DNA of 64,000 bases from NCBI GenBank assembly GCA_963696155.1, contig CAVOJC010000003.1:250970-314969 (forward strand). Reading direction: 5' to 3'. The translations under genes were made by a program, and so were the position numbers. Below the pieces are notes generated by a model that saw only the letters and a list, made by a program, of their open reading frames with translations, did not search any database and was not told the DNA's origin. The DNA is from an uncultured Gammaproteobacteria bacterium (GTDB taxonomy: Bacteria > Pseudomonadota > Gammaproteobacteria > Xanthomonadales > Xanthomonadaceae). Within the stretch, counting starts at the first letter, position 1; the number at the start of each line of letters is the position of its first letter. Positions 58,223 through 64,000 of the stretch are shown here, one piece after another.

Positions 58223-59044
58223 TCAGTCGGTCAGGGTTGCCACGCTGAGCTTCGGCATCCAGATCACCAGGTCGTACTGGCGATCCGGCGCCGCGTCTGC
58301 AAAGGGCGCTCGCCTGCCGATTGGATGCAGCGCGATGGGGCGGCACGGCTGCGCGCAGCCCCAGTACTCGCCCCGCAACGCCTCCAGCCGCACGCTGTAC
58401 AGCGGCAGGTCCAGCAGATGCGAGGCCATCGGGCGCTGCTGCATCTCTGGCGGTGCATCGGCCGGGCGCTGGCGCATTGCGTGCACATTGCCGGTCAAGG
58501 CCAGCATCCGCGCGGTGGCCGGCAAGGCAATGAACTGCTGGCGCAGATGCGCGGCCATCAACGCATCACGCGCATCGTTGCCGCCTCCGGCAGTGGACTC
58601 CTGGTCGTAGCCGGTGACGCCCATGTCGCGCCCTTGCTGGCGCAGGCTTCTGATCGTCTCGATCAGCGCCAGCATGTCGCGGCTGCGGCGACCATCGTGC
58701 TGATCGTCGTTGACCAGCCAGAACGGCGATTGCCGCAGCGCCTCACGGGCGGAGGCATCGCCAGCGCTGCGCAGGTAGCGCGCCAGCGCTGCGTTCTCGC
58801 TCGTCGGCATCTCCAGCGCCAGCCGCACCGGCATGTCATTGCGGCTGTAAAGCTCCACCAGTTCGGAGACCAGAAGCGGCGTCTCCACGGTGCCGTGGAA
58901 CTCTCCCAGCAGGATCAGTCGATGATCACCCGCATGCGCCACGATCTCCGCAGCGGTGTCGTCATGCATTGCCGCAGGGGCAGCGTAGGCCGCACCCCAG
59001 CTCATCGAAACCACCACTGTCGCCATCCAGAGCCATCGCTTCAT
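58223..59044 (-). CDS. Exported hypothetical protein, possibly EreA/ChaN-like fold
   Basis: Signal peptide, LLGEFHGT, LALEMP, RDALMA and TGNVHA motifs. Confidence 0.65.
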   Translation of the reverse strand: MKRWLWMATVVVSMSWGAAYAAPAAMHDDTAAEIVAHAGDHRLILLGEFHGTVETPLLVSELVELYSRNDMPVRLALEMPTSENAALARYLRSAGDASAREALRQSPFWLVNDDQHDGRRSRDMLALIETIRSLRQQGRDMGVTGYDQESTAGGGNDARDALMAAHLRQQFIALPATARMLALTGNVHAMRQRPADAPPEMQQRPMASHLLDLPLYSVRLEALRGEYWGCAQPCRPIALHPIGRRAPFADAAPDRQYDLVIWMPKLSVATLTD

Positions 59045-59172
59045 GCCGTCACTCCGTGTTCGGTCATGAGGCAATGGCGACTCGGAAAAGCTTATTCAAG
59101 AGGTATGGCGAGTGGGAGCCGTGGCCTGCCCCGCGCCCATGCTTCTCTCACTCGACAGCCAAGAGTCGTTGG

Positions 59173-60066
59173 CTACAGCCAGGGCAGCATCCAGTGGTCG
59201 ACCAGAAGGAAGGCGAACAGCGCCATCAGGTACACCACCGAGTAATTGAACATGCGCATGTTGAACATCTCGTCCGGCGGATTCTGGATCTTCCACGCAA
59301 ACCACAGGAACACGGCGTTGAGCACGAGCGCGCCGCCGAGGTAGAACATGCCGCTCATTTCCACCGCGACCGGCAGCAGCGCCACCACCGCCAACAACAC
59401 CGAATAGAACAGGATCTGCTTGCGCGTATGCGGCACGCCGTGGGTCACCGGCAGCATCGGCACGTTGGCGTTGGCGTAGTCGGCGCGGCGGAAGATCGCC
59501 AGCGCCCAGAAATGCGGCGGCGTCCAGACAAAGATGATCAATACCAGCAGCGAGGCATAGGCCCAGTCCCACTGCCCCTGCATGCCGGTGATCGAGGCCC
59601 AGCCGAGCAACGGCGGCGTCGCGCCAGCCAGCCCGCCGATGACGATGTTCTGCGAGGTCGCGCGCTTCAGATAGTGGGTATAGATCACCGCATAGCCGAT
59701 CAGCGAAGCGAAGGTCAGCACCGCGGTGATGACGTTCACCCACAGCACCAGAATCGTCATCGACAGCACGGTCAGCACGCTGGCAAACACCAGTACCTGG
59801 CGCGGCGTCACCTTGCCCGCCACCAACGGCCGCCACGAGGTGCGCGCCATCTTGGCGTCGATCCTGGCATCCAGCAGCTGGTTGATCGCCGCCGCCGCCG
59901 AGGCGGACAGCCAGATGCCGATAAAACCGAGCACGCCGGCCAGCAGCTGTTCGCGGGTCGGGAGACCGGGAATGGCCAGACACATGCCCACCAACGCGGT
60001 GAACACGATAAGCGCCACGATCTTGGGCTTGGTCAGATCCCAGTATTCACGCCAACTTGCCAACAT
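59173..60066 (-). CDS. cyoE: Protoheme IX farnesyltransferase (heme o synthase)
   Basis: [30 protein letters not shown] and WTPPHFWAL motifs. Confidence 0.95.
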   Translation of the reverse strand: MLASWREYWDLTKPKIVALIVFTALVGMCLAIPGLPTREQLLAGVLGFIGIWLSASAAAAINQLLDARIDAKMARTSWRPLVAGKVTPRQVLVFASVLTVLSMTILVLWVNVITAVLTFASLIGYAVIYTHYLKRATSQNIVIGGLAGATPPLLGWASITGMQGQWDWAYASLLVLIIFVWTPPHFWALAIFRRADYANANVPMLPVTHGVPHTRKQILFYSVLLAVVALLPVAVEMSGMFYLGGALVLNAVFLWFAWKIQNPPDEMFNMRMFNYSVVYLMALFAFLLVDHWMLPWL

Positions 60067-60070
60067 CACA

Positions 60071-61237
60071 TCAATCCGGTGCGCGCAGACGCGCAAGCAG
60101 TGAAATCAAGACGAACAGCAACGCCACCGCACCGCCGTTATGGAGTACCGCCACTTCCAGTGGCAGTGCGAGTTTGACGTTGAGTATGCCCAGCGTCACC
60201 TGCACCACTACCAGCAGGCCCAGCGCGCCGGCCCAGCCACGCATGCCCGGCAGCTTGAACATGCGCCACGACACTACCAGCAGGTACAGCGCCACGACCA
60301 CCGCCATCATCCGGTGCGCCATCTGGATCGCGATCCGCGAAGCGCCATCGAGCACGCCGCCTTCGTAATCCACGCCAATGCCGCGCCAAAGGGTGAAACC
60401 CTCGCTGTAGTTCTGCTGCGGCCACCATTGGCTGACGCAGCGCGGGAAGTTGTCCAGCGAAGCGCTGCCGCCGCCGCACGCCAGTGCGGCGTAGTTGGCA
60501 CTGACCCAGCCACCCAGTGCGATCTGCACCACCAGCAGTGCCAGTCCGGCACGCAGCCACCACTTCAGCCGCGGCGCTTCGGCCAGGGTGATCGGCCGGT
60601 GCGTCGCCCGCCACGCCATCCATAACAGCAAGCCGAACATCAACATGCCGCCCAGCAGATGGCCCATGACGACGATCGGCTTCAACAGCCACGTCACCGT
60701 CCACATGCCCAGCAACGCCTGGAAAATCACCACCGCCAGGGTCAGTACCGCCGCGCGTGCCAGATCGATATTCGACCAGCGCAGCGCCGCCAGCAGCAGG
60801 ATCGCCTCGCCGCCGATCGCCAACACGCTGGCCGCCACATGCTCGCCGCGCATGTACAGCGGAATGGCCAGCGCCACCAGCGCCGAGGCGGTCAGCACCT
60901 GGGCCACGCCCCATTTGCGCCGGCGGGCGGCCAGCAGTGCCAGCAGCAGTATCTCCACGCCCAGCGCACCGGCCAGGAAGCGATGCACCTGCTCGCGCCA
61001 GGCCTTGTGGCTCTCCAGCGGACGGATCTCGCTGGCGACGTGCTGCGCCGCCTCATGCTGGGTCTGCGGCCAGGTCACCTTGCCATAGCAGGTCGGCCAG
61101 TCGGGGCAGCTGAGGCCCGCATCGGACAGGCGCACGAACGATCCGAACAGGATCGTGCTGGCAGTCATGATCAGGGCAAACCACGCCAGACGATGGAAGT
61201 TGCGATGCAGCGTCGGGCGCGCGGAGGCATTCATCAA
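60071..61237 (-). CDS. ctaA: Heme A synthase (CtaA/COX15)
   Basis: [28 protein letters not shown] and VLHNGG motifs. Confidence 0.92.
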   Translation of the reverse strand: MMNASARPTLHRNFHRLAWFALIMTASTILFGSFVRLSDAGLSCPDWPTCYGKVTWPQTQHEAAQHVASEIRPLESHKAWREQVHRFLAGALGVEILLLALLAARRRKWGVAQVLTASALVALAIPLYMRGEHVAASVLAIGGEAILLLAALRWSNIDLARAAVLTLAVVIFQALLGMWTVTWLLKPIVVMGHLLGGMLMFGLLLWMAWRATHRPITLAEAPRLKWWLRAGLALLVVQIALGGWVSANYAALACGGGSASLDNFPRCVSQWWPQQNYSEGFTLWRGIGVDYEGGVLDGASRIAIQMAHRMMAVVVALYLLVVSWRMFKLPGMRGWAGALGLLVVVQVTLGILNVKLALPLEVAVLHNGGAVALLFVLISLLARLRAPD

Positions 61238-61244
61238 GCAGGGC

Positions 61245-61820
61245 TCACTTCAGTTTCAACAGCTTGGCCAGATCGGCACGCAACCCACCGGCATCGAAAC
61301 CCGGTGCATAGCGCAGGATCACAAATCCGTTCGGATCGACCACATAGACCGGGATACCGGCCGGATCGTCCACACCGGGCAGCCGCTCACGCAGGGAAGG
61401 CTGCGGCTTGAGAACCCGCAGCGCCGGCATTCCAGCCACGGCCGCAGGTGGCGTACCCAGCCACAGGATTTCGACATTATCGGCCTTATGGCCGAACAGC
61501 TGCCAGACCTTGTCCAGATCCTGCGACAAAGTGACGCAGGCCGGTGCACAGTCCGCCCGTGGCGCCAGCAGGATGCGCCAGTGGCGGGCCACAGGGTTCC
61601 AGGCGTACGCCTGGCCCGACTCCAGGACAGGTGCCAGCGCGCGCAGGTCGACCTCGGGCGAAAGCAACTGGCCATGGTTGCGGTTCACCGCCGGCTGCCA
61701 CCCGGACAGACGCAACAGGCCGGCGGCCAGCATCGGTCCGAAAAACAGGGCGAACAGCGCAACCAGCAACCAGCGCCCGCGATTGCGAACCCGCGTCGGA
61801 ACCGGAATCGTTGAATTCAT
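61245..61820 (-). CDS. Cytochrome oxidase cluster-associated membrane-anchored protein (thioredoxin-like)
   Basis: N-terminal TM segment, NHGQLL and YVVDPNG.VILRY motifs. It occupies the conserved position between surf1 and ctaA. Confidence 0.75.
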   Translation of the reverse strand: MNSTIPVPTRVRNRGRWLLVALFALFFGPMLAAGLLRLSGWQPAVNRNHGQLLSPEVDLRALAPVLESGQAYAWNPVARHWRILLAPRADCAPACVTLSQDLDKVWQLFGHKADNVEILWLGTPPAAVAGMPALRVLKPQPSLRERLPGVDDPAGIPVYVVDPNGFVILRYAPGFDAGGLRADLAKLLKLK

Positions 61821-61846
61821 GGCGGCATTTTCTCATGGGCAGCAGA

Positions 61847-62572
61847 TCAACGCCCGTTGCGGCGACGGGCACGCCATTCCAGCAGCAGCGCGATGATCAG
61901 CACCGTCAGCGCCATTGCATACCACTGCACCGCGTATCCCAGATGCCGCTGCGGCGGCAAGGTATTGGGCAGCAATTCCAGATCACGCTCGTAACCCAGC
62001 GGCAGCGCCGGATCCAGCCGCAATACGCGTGCAGGCAGTTGGCCACGTGCCAGCCCCAGGCGCGCCGCGATCGCATCAGCCTCCAGCCGCGTGGCCAGCC
62101 ATACCTGCGGCTGCGCCGTGTCCGCCAAGGCCGGGCCCAGCGCGATGCCCGTGGCGGGCGCCGGAGCCAGCAAGCCTTGCAGCTGATATTCGCCGGTCAA
62201 CGCCGAAATCGCGGGCAGGCTGCGATCGCCCGGCAACGGCAGCCAGCCCAGATCGACCAGTACGGGGTCGCGCGCCTGCGCTGGCTGGAACGCCTGATAC
62301 ACCTTCACCCCGGCGCGCCCGTGTCGCAGCTGGTTGTCCAGCAGTACGGTTGCCGGCAGAAAATGGCCGCTGTCACGTACCCAACGCAATCCCGGCGGCA
62401 TCTGCAGCGCCTGCTGCGCCGTGACCGGGCTCTGGCGCACCTGCGGGCTTTGCGCGAGCAAGGCCTGCTTTTCGTGCATGCGCTGCAATTGCCAGGTCCC
62501 CAGTGCGGTGAACAAGGTGGCGATCACCACCGCGGCGCCCCAGCCGAGCGCGCGCGTGTGCTGCCGCGTCAT
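61847..62572 (-). CDS. SURF1-family cytochrome oxidase assembly protein
   Basis: LGTWQLQR, LLDNQ...G, VLVDLGW and HLGYAVQWY motifs. Confidence 0.92.
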   Translation of the reverse strand: MTRQHTRALGWGAAVVIATLFTALGTWQLQRMHEKQALLAQSPQVRQSPVTAQQALQMPPGLRWVRDSGHFLPATVLLDNQLRHGRAGVKVYQAFQPAQARDPVLVDLGWLPLPGDRSLPAISALTGEYQLQGLLAPAPATGIALGPALADTAQPQVWLATRLEADAIAARLGLARGQLPARVLRLDPALPLGYERDLELLPNTLPPQRHLGYAVQWYAMALTVLIIALLLEWRARRRNGR

Positions 62573-62626
62573 GACAACGTCGCCCGAACCGGGTGATAGT
62601 CGCTTACCGTTTCCACCGAGCCCGCC

Positions 62627-62845
62627 ATGAACGATTCGCTCAAAACCCTGCTGGTGATCGCCTTTCTGATCGTCATTGTGTGGAACCTGGGGGCCGGGCT
62701 GTACTACCTGATGATTGACCGTGGCCAGACAAACCGCACGGTCAACGCCCTGACACGCCGCATCGCGCTGTCGGTGGTGTTGATCCTGCTGGTGGCCGCC
62801 GGCATCTACAGCGGCTGGATCAAGCCGCACGGCATCGGCGGTTGA
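62627..62845 (+). CDS. Twin transmembrane helix small protein (DUF2909-like)
   Basis: NLGAGLYYL...VNALTRRIALS...KPHG. It occupies the conserved antisense position in cox clusters. Confidence 0.85.
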   Translation: MNDSLKTLLVIAFLIVIVWNLGAGLYYLMIDRGQTNRTVNALTRRIALSVVLILLVAAGIYSGWIKPHGIGG

Positions 62846-62964
62846 GCGTTAACCGGCCTGATGGGATCAACGCCGGCGCCAATCCTGCGCCGGTCGTTGT
62901 TGCAAGGCGATCGCGCGGGCTTGCCAAACGCGATCGCAAGGGTGAACGCCGCAGCCGCCGCGCC

Positions 62965-63840
62965 TCAAAGCACGTAGACGAACAGGAACAGCATCAGCCA
63001 CACCACGTCGACAAAGTGCCAGTACCACGCGGCCGCCTCGAATCCGAAATGGTCGTCGCGGGTGAAATGGCCGCGGGCCGAACGTACCCACATGACCGTG
63101 AGCATGATCGTCCCCAGCGCAACGTGGGCGCCGTGGAAGCCGGTCAACATGAAGAAGGTCGAACCGTAGATGCCCGACCCCAGCGTCAGGTTCAACTCGC
63201 GGTAGGCGTGGATGTATTCCTCCGCCTGGAAGAACAGGAACAGGCAGCCCAGAGCCACGGTCAGCCCGAGCGAGACCAGCAACTGGGTGCGCTTGCCCGC
63301 CTTCAAGGCATGGTGGGCGATGGTCAGGGTCACGCCAGAGCTCAGTAGGATCAGTGTGTTGAGCAGCGGCAAACCCCAGGCGGGGATCGTCTGGAAGGCA
63401 CCGCCGATATCACCCGGGCCATTGGTGGGCCATGCCGAGGAGTAGCCGTTCCACAACAGCTCGTTGGTCATCACCCCGTGGCCGCCACCGCCCAGCCATG
63501 ACAGACCGAGATTGCGGGTATAGAACAGCGCGCCGAAGAATGCGCCGAAGAACATCACTTCGGAAAAAATGAACCACACCATCCCGAGCCGGAACGAGCC
63601 ATCCACTTGGCGGTTGTACTGGCCACCGACCGACTCGCGGATCACATCGCTGAACCACAGGAACAACGCGAACACCAGCATCGCCAGCCCGGTGTAGAAG
63701 GTCCATCGCCCCCATTGGGCATCATTGAGCCAGCTGGCCACTCCGACCATCAGCACCAGCATGGCGATCGAGCAGACGAAGGGCCATCGGCTCTGGCTCG
63801 GCACGAAGTAGACGTTGGCATCAGGCGTGTTGTGGGCCAT
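62965..63840 (-). CDS. coxC: Cytochrome c oxidase subunit III
   Basis: WFIFSEVMFF, NTLILLSSG, YGSTFFMLTGFHG and WYWHFVDVVW motifs. Confidence 0.96.
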   Translation of the reverse strand: MAHNTPDANVYFVPSQSRWPFVCSIAMLVLMVGVASWLNDAQWGRWTFYTGLAMLVFALFLWFSDVIRESVGGQYNRQVDGSFRLGMVWFIFSEVMFFGAFFGALFYTRNLGLSWLGGGGHGVMTNELLWNGYSSAWPTNGPGDIGGAFQTIPAWGLPLLNTLILLSSGVTLTIAHHALKAGKRTQLLVSLGLTVALGCLFLFFQAEEYIHAYRELNLTLGSGIYGSTFFMLTGFHGAHVALGTIMLTVMWVRSARGHFTRDDHFGFEAAAWYWHFVDVVWLMLFLFVYVL

Positions 63841-63861
63841 GGCGTGCTTCCGGGTCCGTTG

Positions 63862-64000
63862 TCAGGGGGCTGCGTGCGCGGAGCTGGCGGCGCTTGCCGC
63901 CACCAGCTGCGCCGACAGCGCATCGTTCTTGTAGAAGGTATAGGACAGGGTGATGGTCTTCACATCTGCCGGCAGGTTCGGATCGACGATGAAACGTACC
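63862..64000 (-). CDS. ctaG: Cytochrome c oxidase assembly protein CtaG/Cox11, C-terminal fragment
   Basis: Manual translation gives VRFIVDPNLPADVKTITLSYTFYKND...*. Confidence 0.9.
   Translation of the reverse strand, partial: VRFIVDPNLPADVKTITLSYTFYKNDALSAQLVAASAASSAHAAP

Overview
A GC-rich gammaproteobacterial chromosome segment. Gene order and protein style point to Xanthomonadaceae/Lysobacteraceae (inference). Most of it is housekeeping: rpoH-ung-response regulator-ftsXE-rhlB / trxA-rho, aceK-icd (monomeric), queF, mdtABC, hglS, folB-tsaD / rpsU-yqeY-brkB-dnaG, and the distal half of an aa3-type cytochrome c oxidase cluster. One intact ISL3-family IS sits in the U-tract of an intrinsic terminator, with an 8-bp target duplication. 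The best candidate for an undescribed system is a divergent ~13.7 kb locus (about 32.1-45.8 kb). It combines a TonB-dependent receptor with an apparently complete set of peptidoglycan stem-peptide enzymes (serine hydrolase, VanX/DdpX, SH3-NlpC/P60, L-Ala-D/L-Glu epimerase, YkuD-fold enzyme), a secreted transglutaminase-fold protein, an APC permease and a MurR/RpiR regulator. A palindrome lies in the divergent promoter region. Smaller observations: a 41-aa unannotated ORF coupled to aceK, a 62-codon ORF bridging mdtB and mdtC through two ATGA overlaps, a sigmaE-type promoter overlapped by a CIRCE-like repeat upstream of rpoH, three candidate leaderless genes, and a structured intergenic repeat. 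No tRNA, rRNA or CRISPR array was seen. All assignments come from reading motifs by eye; no database searches were run.
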